From Chrysemys picta bellii (Eukaryota): a DNA stretch of 64,000 nucleotides. Position 1 is the stretch's first letter, and each line of letters starts with the position of its first letter. The notes beneath the pieces were generated by a model. The model ran no database searches. It was not told the DNA's origin and saw only the letters and a list, made by a program, of their open reading frames with translations. The stretch spans positions 243,102,001 through 243,166,000 of the forward strand of contig NC_088792.1 in the NCBI RefSeq assembly GCF_011386835.1. Reading direction: 5' to 3'. Made by a program: the position numbers and the translations under genes. Below are positions 24,338-37,523 of the stretch, piece by piece.

Positions 24338-27024
24338 ATCATAGAATATCAGGGTTGGAAGGGACTTCAGGAGGTCATCTAGTCCAACCCCCTGCTCAAA
24401 GCAGGACCAGTTCCCAACTAAATCATCCCAGCCATGGCTTTTTCAAGCCTGACCTTAAAAACCTCTAAGGAAGGAGATTCCACCACCTCACTAGGTAACC
24501 CATTCCAGTGCTCCTCCATCCTCCTAGTGGAAAAAGGTTTTTCTAATATCCAACCTAAACCTCCCCCACTGCAACTTGAGACCATTACTCCTTGTTCTGT
24601 CATCTGGTACCACTGAGAACTGTCTAGTTCCATCCTCTTTGGAACCCCCTTTCAGGTAGTTGAAAGCAGCTATCAAATCCCCCCTCATTCTTCTCTTCTG
24701 CATACTAAACAATCCCAGTTCCCTCAGCCTCTCCTCAGAAGTCATGTGCTCCAGACCCCTAATCATTTTTGTTGCCCTCCGCAGGACTCTTTCCAATTTT
24801 TCCACATCCTTCTTGTAGTGTGGGGCCCAAAACTGGACACACTACTCCAGGTGAGACCTCACCAATGTCGAATAGAGGGGAATGATCACGTTCCTCGATC
24901 TGCTGGCAATGCCCCTACTTATACAGCCCAAAATGCCATTAGCCTTCTTGGCAACAAGAGCACACTGTTGACTCATATCCAGCTTCTTGTCCACTGTAAC
25001 CCCAGGTCCTTTTCTGCAGAACTGCTTCCTAGCCATTCGGTCCCCAGTCTGTAACAGTGAATGGGATTCTTCCGTCCTAAGTGGAGGACTCTGCACTTGT
25101 CCTTGTTGAACCTCATCAGGTTTCTTTTGGCCCAATCTTCTAATTTGTCTAGGACATTCTGTATCCTATACCTACCCTCCAGCGTGTCCACTCCTCCCAG
25201 TTTAGTGTCATCTGTAAACTTGCTGATAGTGCAGTCCATGCCGTCCTCCAGATCATTAATGAAGATATTGAACAAAGCCGGCCCCAGGACCAACCCTTGG
25301 GGCACTCCATTTGATAACGGCTGCCAACTAGACATGGAGCCATTGATCACTACCCGTTGAGCCCGACAATCTAGCCAGCTTTCTATCCACCTTATAGTCC
25401 ATTCATCCAGCCCATACATCTTTAACTTGCTGGCAAGAATACTGTGGGAGACCGTATCAAAAGCTTTGCTAAAGTCAAGGAATAACACATCCATTGCTTT
25501 CCCCTCATCCACAAACCCAGTTATCTCCTCATAGAAGGCAATTAGGTTAGTCAGGCATGACTTGCCCTTGGTGAATCCATGCTGACTGTTCCTGATCACT
25601 TTCCTCTCCTCTAAGTGCTTCAGAATTGATTCCTTGAGGACCTGCTCCATGATTTTTCCAGGGACTGAGGTGAGGCTGACTGGCCTGTAGCTCCCCGGAT
25701 CCTCCTCCTTCCCTCTTTTAAAGATGGGGACTACATTAGCCTTTTTCAAGTCATCCGGGACCTCCCCCGATCGCCATGAGTTTTCAAAGATAATGGCCAA
25801 TGGCTCTGCAGTCACATCCGCCAACTCCTTTAGCACCCTCGGATGCAGCGCATCTGGCCCATGGACTTGTGCTCGTCCAGTTTTTCTAAATAGTTCCGAA
25901 CCACTTCTTTCTGCACAGAGGGCTGGTCACCTCCTCCCTACACTGTGTTGCCCAGTGCAGCAGTCTGGGAGCTGACCTTGTTTGTGAAGACAGAGGCAAA
26001 AAAAGCAGTGAGTACATTAGCTTTTTTCACATCCTCTGTCACTAGGTTGCCTCCCTCATTCAGTAAGGGGCCCACACTTTCCTTGACTTTCTTCTTGTTG
26101 CTAACATACCTGAAGAAACCCTTCTTGTTACTCTTAACATCTCTTGCTAGCTGCAACTCCAAGTGCGATTTGGTCTTCCTGATTTCACTCCTGCATGCCT
26201 GAGCAATATTTTTATACTCCTCCCTGGTCATTTGTCCAATCTTCCACTTCTTGTAAGCTTCTTCTTTGCATTTAAGATCAGCAAGGATTTCACTGTTAAG
26301 CCAAGCTGGTCGCCTGCCATATTTACTATTCTTTCTACACATCAGGATGGTTTTTTCCTGCAACCTCAATAAGGATTCTTTAAAATACAGCCAGCTCTCC
26401 TGGACTCCTTTCCCCTCATGTTATTCTCCCAGGGGATCCTGCCCATCAGTTCCCTGAGGGAGTCAAAGTCTGCTTTTCTGAAGTCCAGGGTCCATATTCT
26501 GCTGCTCTCCTTTCTTCCTTGTGTCAGGATCCTCAACTCAACCATCTCATGGTCACCGTTTCCCAGGTTCCCGTCCACTTTTGCTTCCCCTACTAATTCT
26601 TCCCAGTTTGCGAGCAGCAGGTCTAGAAGAGCTCTGCCCCTAGTTGTTTCCTCCAGCACTTGCACCAGGAAATTATCCCCTACACTTTCCAAAAAGTTCC
26701 TGGATTGTCTGTGCACCGCTGTATTGCTCTTCCAGCAGATATCAGGGTGATTAAAGTCTCCCATGAGAACCAGCGCCTGCGATCTAGTAACTTCTGCTAG
26801 TTGCCAGAAGTAAGCCTCATCCATCTCATCCCCCTGGTTTGGTGGTCTATAGCAGACTCCCACCACGACATCACCCTTGTTGCTTACACTTCTAAACTTA
26901 ATCCAGAGACTCTAAGGTTTTTCTGCAGTTTCATACCGAAGCTCTGAGCAGTCATACTCCTCTCTTACATACAATGCAACTCCCCCACCTTTTCTGCCCT
27001 GCCTGTCCTTCCTGAACAGTTTAT
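24338..27024 (-). mobile_element. CR1 LINE, 5'-truncated (endonuclease C-terminal part, RT, 3' tail), inactivated
   Basis: VGVCYRPP, VLMGDFNHPDICW, FLDFSKAFDTVSH, GVPQGLVLGP, FTDDTKLG; ATTCTATGAT tail; ORF2 broken into four pieces. Confidence 0.97.
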
Positions 27025-27619
27025 GATATAGAGACTTGCAATTTTGTTGTTTCCTGAGAGAGTGCTTTTTATATGGATTAGCTGTTTTTTCTGAGGTGGA
27101 TGAATAGCTATTGTTTGGCTTGTCTTCCTTTGTTTTTTTTTGTTCACGTGAAGCATAATTTTAGGCTCATTCCAGGTTTGTGGCCACTCAAAGAAACAAT
27201 GTGCCATATTTCTGATCCACTCTTAACTAGTTTTAATGGTTCAGGTTTGCTTTAGAAAGGAATGCTTTATGCACATTTTAGAATGAATATTTTTGTGTTG
27301 AGTAGGCCTTGGGGAAGAGGCTATGGGGGGCATAGAGTTGGATTATTTGTATTGGGTTCGGAGTGGGGAGAGCAACTGTGGGGAGAAGTGTGGAGGAAGC
27401 TGGGGTGTATGCAGAATTATGGTGGGAGAAACTGCAGTGAGGAGGATGAGATGGTGATTATAGCATTGTGATATTTATTTGCAGGATATTGAGGCATAAC
27501 ATAGCAAATAAAAAAAAAGCTTATTTTACTGGACTCAGGTGTAATCTACTCAGGACCGTAATTTAGTCTAATTTGAAAAGTTGCTAGCTTTTGAATTTGT
27601 GACATTGCTTTAGAACATC

Positions 27620-28570
27620 ATCTCCCAAAACTAAGTGATTGGGCAACAAAATGGCAAATGAAATTTAATGTGGATAAATGTAAAGTAATGCACATTGGAA
27701 AAAATAACCCCAACTATACATACAATATGATGGGGGCTAATTTAGCTACAACGAATCAGGAAAAAGATCTTGGAGTCATCGTGGATAGTTCTCTGAAGAT
27801 GTCCATGCAGTGTGCAGAGGCGGTCAAAAAAGCAAACAGGATGTTAGGAATCATTAAAAAGGGGATAGAGAATAAAACTGAGAATATATTATTGCCCTTA
27901 TATAAATCGATGGTACGCTGACATCTTGAATACTGCATACAGATGTGGTCTCCTCATCTCAAAAAAGATATACTGGCACTAGAAAAGCTTCAGAGAAGAG
28001 CAACTAAAATGATTAGGGGTTTGGAGAGGGTCCCATATGAGGAGAGAGATCAAAGAGGCTAGGACTTTTCAGCTTGGAAAAGAGGAGACTAAAGGGGGAT
28101 ATGATAGAGGTATTTAAAATTATGAGTGATGTGGAGAAAGTAGATAAGGAAAAGTTATTTACTTATTCCCATAATACAAGAACTAGGGGTCACCAAGTGA
28201 AATTAATAGGCAGCAGGTTTAAAACAAATAAAAGGAAGAAGTTCTTCACACAGCGCACAGTCAAATTGTGGAACTCCTTACCTGAGGAGGTTGTGAAGGC
28301 TAGGACTATAACAGCGTTTAAAAGAAAACTGGATAAATTCATGGCGGTTAAGTCCATTAATGGCTATTAGCCAGGATGGGTAAGGAATGGTGTCCCTAGC
28401 CTCTGTTTGTCAGAGGGTGGAGATGGATGACAGGAGATTAATCACTTGATCATTACCTGTTAAGTTCACTCCCTCTGGGGCACCTGTCATTGGCCACTGT
28501 TGGTAGACAGGATACTGGGCTAGATGGACCTTTGGACTGACCCACTACGGCCGTTCTTATGTTATGTTCT
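27620..28570 (+). mobile_element. CR1 LINE 3' fragment of a second subfamily
   Basis: [38 protein letters not shown]; tail ttcttatgttatgttct. Confidence 0.93.
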
Positions 28571-28739
28571 CCAATTAATTTAATACATAGAGGATCAGAT
28601 GAGTTGGAGATCTAAACTTTCTTAGAGCGATTTTTTTCCGTATAGATTCCATTCTTGGTGCATGAACTTATGATCAGAATATTTTGGCCACCAGTGTCTG
28701 TTGGAACTGTCTCTGTGTCCCAAGTGCCCTCATACTTCC

Positions 28740-29010
28740 TATGGTGAATAAAAATAAATCTTTTAAAAAAATAGATTTTTTAAAATTTAAATTAAAATAC
28801 TTTTTCTCTTTTCGAAAAATAAACCTCTTTTAAAATTAAATTTGAATTGACAACCTCTCTTAAGGCCTAAATTTGTAATCTCTTAAAATCATTTAAATTA
28901 AATAAAAATAATATTCAAACAGTACATGTTTGCTGACAAACTTTTAAAGAAGTTCAAATCACTGAACTGGTGGAAGTCACTATGGGATAAGCACCTGGAA
29001 CTAGAAGAAG
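28740..29010 (+). mobile_element. Fragment of an old hAT element, same type as 37773-39893
   Basis: aagttcaaatcactgaactggtggaagtcac...aagcacctggaac matches the reverse complement of about 39630-39690. Confidence 0.5.
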
Positions 29011-29014
29011 GCAC

Positions 29015-29985
29015 CCAGTTCTTCTTTGAGAAGAGTCTCTGTGGGTGCTTCACTTGAGGTGAATGTGTGTCCCTGTGCCTTTGATTAGAGAATTTCAGCC
29101 GCAGTGGTCGTCTGGGTTGTGCATATACTCTCCCCGTCTCATGCTGTTGTTGGCGCCTATCTAGGGCCATGTGACCAGACTCCCCTCAGTTCCTTCTCAA
29201 CCATCCTCAGCCTGAGACCGAGCTCCGCACAGTATTAAAATTGATAGTTATCTTTAGGATTAGAATAGTCTTCAGTACGCTTGTTAGATTTAGTTATCCC
29301 TTTCTCCCCTTTTCCCTTTCCTTTCCTTCAAGTTTGAATACCCCTTAGGGCTGAACCGCTACAGTTTGGGCCATACCCAGTTCACCAGGCTTTAAGTGCT
29401 GTCTTTCCTGCCGGGAGGCGATCCTGGTCTCTGACGGACACTCTTAGTGCATCTGGTGCCTAGTTGAGATACACATCTCACAAAAGTGCTCTCATTGCAG
29501 CAACTTAAAGGGTCGCGCCAGGAAGGACAGAGCCCTATGTCTTAAACTTATCCTGATGGAGAAGTCCCTTTGCCTGGCATCCGATCCCGGACAGCAGACC
29601 CTCTATGGACAATGGTCTCCTAAGACTCCTTCTGAAAGACATTTTTCACCCTCCTCACAGAGGAAGGCTCAATCCCCCAAAAAGGCAGCGAGAAAAAGAG
29701 CATCAACCTCCCCTCTTAAAGAGCCACCGAAAAAGAAACTATCTCCGGCTCATTTTATATCCTCGGTACCGACCACACCATAGCTGAGTACATATGAGGC
29801 ACCGGAATCCTCTGCTACCACATGTACTGTGAAAGCCAGTGGCCTCGAAGTGGAGAGGCAAACAGAAGCCTACCTCTTCTGTCATGGCACCGATGGAGCT
29901 GCCTAAAGATGCGGCACCGCTCCACTCTTCACACGCTATGGTGCCACCTTCAGCCTCTCATAGCACAGAGTGCTCCCATGTCAGC
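29015..29985 (+). mobile_element. DIRS family A 5' fragment (terminal repeat and gag N-terminus)
   Basis: ctcagttccttctcaacc motif and PGFKCCLSCREAILVSDGHS*CIWCL...LKLILMEKSL, homologous to 12989-13190. Confidence 0.82.
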
Positions 29986-31248
29986 CCCTTTTATTTATAC
30001 TATGTCAAAACATTTAGAAACAGCATTTCAAATTCAAATTTGGCCAATTTTTAACTCCCTGAAGCATCTCCAAGACAATGCCGATAAACTACTGAAAAGA
30101 GAACAGAACAACAATAAGAGTTAGGGGAAACCGAATTCAAATAGTGGGAGAGAATATGCTCCCTTCCCTCTCTCAGATTAGAAAGGAAAGGTCTTTACAT
30201 AAAGGTTGGTAGGGTGGGGCATTTCAGACCTTCATCACAGGAATCCTCTACTGTAATAGAAGAACCTGGTAAAATTTAAAGATTATTCATTATGCTAGAA
30301 GAAGTTTAGAAAATACTATTTATGCTACTGATGGCAACAGAGTGCTGGTGACATATAAGAAGTTTCCTAAATAAGTAACTATAGTACTTGTGAGCATGCA
30401 GACTTTAAATTCCTGTATTTGGGGTGTTTACACATACTGTTGCCAAAATACAACCTTAGATTCCTAGAAAACAGATTTAGAGTAGGAAGTTTGAATATCT
30501 GATAGACGGAGAGATCTAGGGGAAAAAAGGCCAAGTATTTTGATAATTATTCTAAAGAAAAAGTTTATTCCTGACTGTGGATAAAAAATTATTGCATTCT
30601 ACAAGTGCACAAAATTGCTGCCAAAAACTCATTAGGTATACTTGGACATAACCCAAGGATGGACATTAGGTGTCAAAACCAACCCTGCTTCAGATAGCTG
30701 AGGTTTTAGAAGTTATATTACAGAGCACAAAAATCATGCTAGTGGACATGCTTTTATACATGAGAGATCAGATTTTATCCCAACAGATTTGAAATTAAAT
30801 GTCGTCTAATACGTTTTTTTATAAATATCCAAATTGGTCTCCACCAATTTAAAGACAAACAAATTATAAAAATGAGTTTGCTAGTGCTCAGGCAGAGGCT
30901 GCTATTGATCAGCTGAACCGTCTGTGAAAAAACTTTCACAGAACGAAGAGTTCTCTTGACTTAAACATATGAGTTTGAAAAACAACTCAAACTTACTTCT
31001 GTTAATGCAGGAATTAGAATTCTTATCTATGTGTATGTTCTTCATATAAATCTTTCAGATTGCTCTGCTCTAGACTACAGACTATGCAAACAGGATTATG
31101 GACAGCGGCAAATGAAAAAGTCTGTGTTTAATGACCAACTGCAGTCACATGAAAATAAGATTTGTTTTATTTTTCTGCGATTTAAATCCCAACCCCAAAC
31201 CCTCAATGCCACAGAAATCACAATTCCATCAATAAAGCTGCATTAAGA

Positions 31249-31652
31249 CAGAGATCCCAAGTTTAGACATGGGTCAGGCACAAGCCACTTTTACAGCTCC
31301 TCTACATCCAGTTCTTTTTCTATGGTTGCTAGCAAGGAACCTTTGCTGGTCTTCCCTTCTTTTTTCAGGGCATTTTCAAGAGTATGTTAGTGACACTCAA
31401 GCTATTTTGGCCCCACGGCCACTGGGAGCTGCGAGCAGCCATACCTGCTGACGCTCAGGAAAACAAAACGACTCAGGACTTGGGAGCGGAGCCCGGAGCT
31501 GGAGCGCAGAGCAGCTCTGGAGCAGTGGAACTGCAGGTTTTTGCCTGGAGCTGGAGCGGAGCCAGAGCACAGATCCAAAGCCCTGCAAAGCGTGTCGCGG
31601 CCCGCCAGGAGCTTACCGTGAACAAGCCGCGAAGCAAGTTTGGGAACCCCTT
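31249..31652. mobile_element. Older Charlie-type non-autonomous hAT abutting the next element
   Basis: Right end aagtttgggaacccctt; left end cagagatcccaagtt is degenerate; internal GGAGC(C/T) repeats. Confidence 0.5.
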
Positions 31653-31660
31653 CTCTAGAG

Positions 31661-32375
31661 CAGGGGTTCCCAAACTGGGGTTCGTGAATGTTACAGGGGG
31701 TTCTCGGGGAAAAATTCCCTAATGGCGGACAGAGCTGTCCCTAGGGACCCCGGCACGGGGCCAGCAGCCTGGAGCCCCTGGACTTCCAAGAGCTAAGCAG
31801 ATCAAAGCAAGCGTATCTATCACACTGAGGAGATTTAAACTTCAAGACTCCTTATAAGAAAAGGAAAGGGAGGTGGATATTTTTTGCTTTTTAAAATTAA
31901 ATAGGCAGCTAGTATTGTTTTTAAAATTATTATGAAGAACAAGTTTAAGCTTTGTTGTAACGTGCGTTGTTTGCCTGGACTGCTCAAGACCTGAATGCTT
32001 GTGTAGGAGGAACTCTTTGAGTTGGTTTCTTAAATATCTTCATGCTGTTTCACATCTGATACTCCTTGATGAAACATATGAGCCTTGTCTTATAACCGGC
32101 TTATTCAAAGTGATACAAGCTACGAAAGTGAGATCTTGGAAGAGTGTTGCTGTTTTCATAATGTAATAAAAATACAGTAATGATAAATAATAATAAATAG
32201 TGTGTAATAAGCATGTCATAAAAACAAATGTTATATTTCCAAGATCACTGCTTTTATAATTTATACTCAGGTAAAGGAGAAAATCCCTGGAAATATTCAT
32301 TTTTAGGAGGGGGTTCGCGAGACTTGACATTTTAGTGAAAGGGGTTCACAGGCTGTAAAAGTTTGGGAACCACTG
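31661..32375. mobile_element. Charlie-type non-autonomous hAT
   Basis: TIR CAGGGGTTCCCAAAC / GTTTGGGAACCACTG; TSD ctctagag/ctgtagag, matching the NTCTAGAN Charlie target. Confidence 0.9.
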
Positions 32376-33385
32376 CTGTAGAGGGATTTCTAGGGAATCA
32401 GTGACTTGTTTTAAACCTGTTGCCTATTATTTTAATTTGGTGACATCTGGTCCTGGTGACTTATTACTGTCAAATACATCAATCTGTTCCAAAACCTCAT
32501 CTATTGCTACATCAATCTGGGACTGTTACTCAGATTTGTCACCTACAAAGAATGTCTCATATGTGGGAATCTCCCTCCCGTCATCTGCAGTGAAGACTGA
32601 TGTAAAATTCAGATATAGTCGTAATATGCCAGTGTTGCAGTTCCCACTTTAAAATGGTAAAAAATACGTGCAAATGTGAAAGGGCTGCCAAGGCTCTCTG
32701 TACAAGTAAAAATATAATTTTTACAGAATTTTCAGAAGAAAGTATCTTCCCTAGGTTTATTTTTCTAGTGATTCAAGTCTCTCAGTTTGTAGGGTCAGGC
32801 TACATTTCCCCTTATGATATAAGCAAACATAGGAATAAGGGTAGAATTATCAAAAGAAACTAAAGGGATTAAGTGTACAACTCTCATTGAAATTCAGTTG
32901 AAGCTGGGTGCTTTAGATCCCTTTAGACTCTTTGGAAAATCCCATCCTGAATATTCTGGTGGTAACTGAAACATGCTTCATAGAAATCTGGCACACTTCA
33001 CGGTTCTGTGATCCAGGAGTATCTCATGACGGGCCTTCTCTTATTTCCCTTTCCATCAGCTCCAGTCCAACTGCCTCTCACCTATCCTAAGAGAAGGACA
33101 CACCATAGTGAGAGGGAGCAGAGGAGTGTTATACAGTCCAACAGCTAAAAGTCCTCAACCCTTTTAGCTGAGGGTAGGAGTGGTTTGGAGGACCAGCTGA
33201 GATACGGGTGGTGGAGGAGGAAGAGATCTGTAAAATACCTAAAATTTGTCTGCAGGTACATGTAACTGTCTGGATCCTATAAGCCTAGTGGACCCCAGGC
33301 CGTCAGCTTATTTTTAAAATACTGTGTGTGGAAAATAACTTAAAACGTTGGCAGCTTTCGTTGATGGTTATAAGAAAATTAGAGG

Positions 33386-33660
33386 CAGGGGCGGCTCTAT
33401 GTGTTTTGCCGCCCCAAGCACAGCAGTCAGGCGGCTTTCGGCGGCATGCCTGCGGGCGATCCGCTGGTCACACCAATTCAGCGGCATGTCTGCGGGAGAT
33501 CCGCCGGTCCCGCGGCTTCGGCGTACCTGCTGCCGAATCCGCGGGACCGGCGGACTTCCCGCAGACATGCTGCCGAAGGCAGCCTGACTGCCACCCTCAC
33601 AGGGACCGGTGGGCCGCCCCAGGCACGTGCTTGCTGCGCTGGTGCCTGGAGCTGCCCCTG
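33386..33660. mobile_element. Young hAT-type MITE
   Basis: TIR CAGGGGCGGCTC / GAGCTGCCCCTG; perfect 8-bp TSD attagagg; internally palindromic and CpG-rich. Confidence 0.95.
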
Positions 33661-34737
33661 ATTAGAGGAAGGCACACTATTTTGTCTGAGTGAGGAAGTG
33701 ACAGAGCAGCCTTCTGGAGAGGAACTTACACTAATGAACTGGGCCTGGAGAGTATCCAGGCCTCTGCTCAGGATACTGGATATTTCCTTGCTACATACAG
33801 ACTTTTTAGAGCAGCTGCAGAGCTGGTGAAAATGTAAGAGAGAACTTTTGATTTCTGCAGGCTGATTTAGGAGCTTCTCACCAATAGGGAGAGGATGAGA
33901 AAGCAAACAACTTGTGACAGATGTGTAGTCACGTTGTTTAGTGCATTATTGGAAGGCGTTCAGATATTATGATGAGTAGTGCGGTATAAAAACCTATATA
34001 GAATAGAAGATTTCGGCTTCACGAATTCCAGTAGGCCAGGTATTGACCAAGATTTGCTCCGTGTAGACACAGCTGGCCCTGTGATAGAGTAGGATTCTGA
34101 AATGTGCATAAGTGGTCTTAAAAAATTTGTGATCCCCATGATCACACCTAATTTAAAACCTGTATTGAACTTGCCCAGGTCAATTACTGATGCATGTCAT
34201 ACTTAATAGTTTGCACTTAAAAGAAGAGTTGGAAGAGAAAGAAGGAAAGTAGAAAGGGTGGGGGAATGAACAAAGAGAAACCCAGAAGACTGATTTTTTT
34301 TCTCTCTCTCATAGTAGTTGCACAGGTTTGCTAATCATGTTGCAGAATGCCTATCTTGAAATTACCTACCTGTGGTTAAGGGAACATGCCTCATCTATCT
34401 TAGCTACATCTACAATATCTTTGGAAATGATACTGCTGTTACCTAGCAAAATGAGTTTGCTCTTTGAAATATGATTATTGCTTTGGTAGAGGGCTGGGAT
34501 ACAATGACTTCAAGTCATTTTTGTACTTCTGTGAAAGTGTCCTGTGGGTAGACTTTAAAGGGTTCATTTGGGGAGCCAGATTTGTTCAGCACTAAGCAGA
34601 GGTTGAAAAGATGAGGAGTCAGGTTGTTCTTTCATGCAATTTCTACTGAATCGATCCTTTAGATAGTAATTTTGTTGTTTTTCAGCAAGAAGTGTGCTCC
34701 AGTAATTATAAACAATCTGTTTTTGTTTGTTTGTTAG

Positions 34738-34876
34738 TTTCTAGTGCCAAACTGAAAAGGAAAAAGAACTGGTTTGGAACAGCCATTTATACAGAATTAG
34801 CTGCAGATGGAGAAATCAAGAAAACAGCAAAATCAAATAGTTCTTCAAATCCAAAATGGGATGAACAGTTAACTGT
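34738..34876 (+). CDS. WWP1: WWP1 coding exon 2, C2 domain (ISSAKLKRKKNWFGTAIYTELAADGEIKKTAKSNSSSNPKWDEQLTV)
   Basis: ttgttAG acceptor, GTAAGT donor, 139 nt, in frame with the previous exon; WWP1 C2 motif KLKRKKNWFGTAIYTE. Confidence 0.97.
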
Positions 34877-35645
34877 GTAAGTAGAAAAGCTTTTTCTAAC
34901 TTTGTAAAATATAATTTATTAATCAAACATTAGAGACAAATATTTACCAAACCCTGCTGTTGGCTGCATACACACAACTTCCTTTAATTTAATTGAAAGT
35001 TGCATTTATCTAATGGCAATATTTGTCCTAAAATAACTGTTGTTACTCAATGTGTATATGAGGTGTCTTGGCAAGATTATTTCTAAACAGGAGTGGGATA
35101 TCTTTATATGCACTTGATGTACGCCTGTATATCTCTTGCACTATGGACTGTGTTCAGCTCAGTCCCTGCTGTGTAGGAATGCTTAAAGGATGTTGCCAGC
35201 TGGATGCATCAGTAATCTTGTTCTCACCCATAGACAAACAGAAATCATGTTGCTGGATAGAGATCTTGTTTTGAAGGATACCTATTCTTGGGATCCCACA
35301 TTGTCTTTAATTGGCAGGCAATCAAGCAGTTTTTACTTGTGACTTGTGTGAAGCTCTATTTGGATGGAAATTCAAATCAAGTAAAAAAACCAAAACCATA
35401 ATTTAAATTTTTTTCATACATAAAATGAGTTTAAAAGTGATGGATACATAAGAAAGTTTAACAAAAGCTTATCAAAACATGTTTTGCATTTAAAACTAAC
35501 TAATTTATTCAACAAAATAAGTATCTGTAGTTAGTCAATTGAACTGATTATTTTGGGTCACTGTGTCCTTTAGGATTTTAAAATTTGTAGTGCTCATCCT
35601 CTCACACCTGATTGCCTGCCAATTAAAGACAATGGGATCCCAAGA

Positions 35646-36032
35646 ATAGATTCATAGGCCTTGGCTACACTTACCCGGTAGTTCGGCGGCGAGCGATCGA
35701 ACTTCTGGGTTCGACTTATCGCGTCTAGTCTGGACGCGATAAGTCGAACCCGGAAGTGCTCGCCGTCGACTGCGGTACTCCAGCTCGGCGAGAGGAGTAC
35801 CGCGGAGTCGACGGGGGAGCCTGCCTGCCGAGTGTGGACCAAGGTAAGTTCGAACTAAGGTACTTCGAACTTCAGCTACGTTATTCACGTAGCTGAAGTT
35901 CCGTACCTTAGTTCGAATTAGGGGGTTAGTGTAGACCTGGCCATAGATTCTAGGACTGGAAGGGACCTCGAGAGGTCATCGAGTCCAGTCCCCTGCCCGC
36001 ATGGCAGGACCAAATACTGTCTAGACCATCCC
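35646..36032 (-). mobile_element. CR1 3'-tail fragment, split by a Harbinger MITE
   Basis: tagattcata|gattctaggactggaagggacctcgagaggtcatcgagtccagtcc...; atag repeated on both sides. Confidence 0.88.
35657..35942. mobile_element. Young palindromic Harbinger MITE
   Basis: TIR ggccttggctacact / agtgtagacctggcc; 3-bp ATA duplication; CpGs intact. Confidence 0.92.
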
Positions 36033-37022
36033 ATAGGTATCCTTCAAAACAAGATCTCAAATACAGCATGGGGCCAACGTTGTTCAAAACCTTAAACTAG
36101 CTCTATTGATTTTCTTTAAAGTAATGTAAATAAGTAATGTAAAGTAATTCTTTAATAGATGAACATATTGTAGGCAGACAACATAGATCATGGTTACTAA
36201 AACGAATGAGCAAATATGCTGCTTCATTCAGAACAAGTTGTAAGTAACACAGATCTACTAAAAACCCAGCTAAAAGAAAATTACATCAATGTCATCACAA
36301 TGGTCTGCAGTGTTTACGCAAGGTCATTTGCTTCCCCTGATATCTTAGCTAATTTCTCCCAACTTTTAAAAAAACCCAAAACTTTCCCCCCCAAAGTGTT
36401 TGTAATATAACCACTGTTTGTTCCATTTTGATTACCTTGCCTCTTTCCTCCAATGGTGTATTTTAGTCTCATCACTTGGGGTGGGTTTTTTGTTTTAATT
36501 TTCAGAGCATTTTTTAAAATTGTTTTTAATATTGTATATTGTGTGTGTGTTCAATTCATAACTTAGTATGTTTGAGGGCATCTGAGCAATGGTGGCTATT
36601 CAGCGTTCTCTCTAATGATACAAGCTGAAAATCAAATCTAGCATTTTTTTCCTATTGACAAATATTGGAAATAAGTTTGTATTTAAAATTCTGTATGGGG
36701 GGAAAATGAATTTTTTAAAAAACAAAAAACCGTGAAATTGATGCATAACTGAAATCTGTGTTTAATGTAAGTAGTTATGCTCCCAAGTATTTTCACACTA
36801 TTGTAATAACATACCTTAGTCCTGATCTGTGTTTGAGATGTTACATTGATTTTTCTGTTTCATGGTGCTTTTGTGATATAGCTTTTAAAAAATAAAATAA
36901 ACCTTAGTCACTACCAGTAATTACAGTAGTTATGGAAAAACTGATTAAAATAGATAATACATTTATAATAATGAAAGATGAGTACCTACAGCTTAATTTA
37001 AAAAAATATATTTTATATACAG

Positions 37023-37147
37023 GAATGTGACTCCACAGACTACGTTGGAATTTCGAGTGTGGAGCCATCACACTTTAAAAGCTGATGTTTTATTAGGAAG
37101 AGCCACTGTAGACTTGAGACAAGCTTTGGAAATACACAATAGAAAAT
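37023..37147 (+). CDS. WWP1: WWP1 coding exon 3, C2 domain (NVTPQTTLEFRVWSHHTLKADVLLGRATVDLRQALEIHNRK)
   Basis: tacAG acceptor, GTAAGT donor, 125 nt, frame-compatible. Confidence 0.97.
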
Positions 37148-37377
37148 GTAAGTTTTCATGGAGGGCATATTGATTAAGGAAAAAAATTAATTGATTATTT
37201 CAGTTACATTAATTTTGGCAGTTTTGATGTAATGACAAAAAATTATCATATAATTAAAACAGACCTTCATGGCCTGTCTCTTTGGGTTATAGAGAGAGAT
37301 TTAAATTTATAGTGCAAGATAAATGTTTTCAAATAATAGTATATGAAATAACTACAGAAAAAAGTGAGAGGAAACTA

Positions 37378-37523
37378 CACCTCTACCCCGATATAATGCG
37401 ACCCGATATAACACGAATACGCACTCCAGTGGATCAAAGCAAGTTCGATATAACACGGTTTCACCTATAACACGGTAACATTTTTTTGGCTCCAGAGAAC
37501 AGCTTTATAGCGAGGTAGAGGTG
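37378..37523. mobile_element. Tc1/mariner (Tigger/pogo-like) MITE
   Basis: TIR cacctctaccccgatataa / ttatagcgaggtagaggtg; TA TSD. Confidence 0.9.

Larger units (their letters stand above)
35260..36058. repeat. 65-bp inverted repeat (35260-35324 versus 35609-35649 + 36037-36058) enclosing a copy of 38131-38397
   Basis: Once the CR1/Harbinger insertion is removed, the right arm equals the reverse complement of the left arm except for a 2-bp indel. Confidence 0.9.

Noticed and set aside
24973-25836. 287-aa and 311-aa (38501-39436) reverse transcriptase ORFs as host genes
   Set aside because: They are parts of 5'-truncated CR1 copies lacking ORF1 and a promoter.
31480-31570. GGAGC(C/T) short repeats as a CRISPR-like array
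   Set aside because: There are no regular spacers; these are subterminal repeats of a hAT element in eukaryotic DNA.
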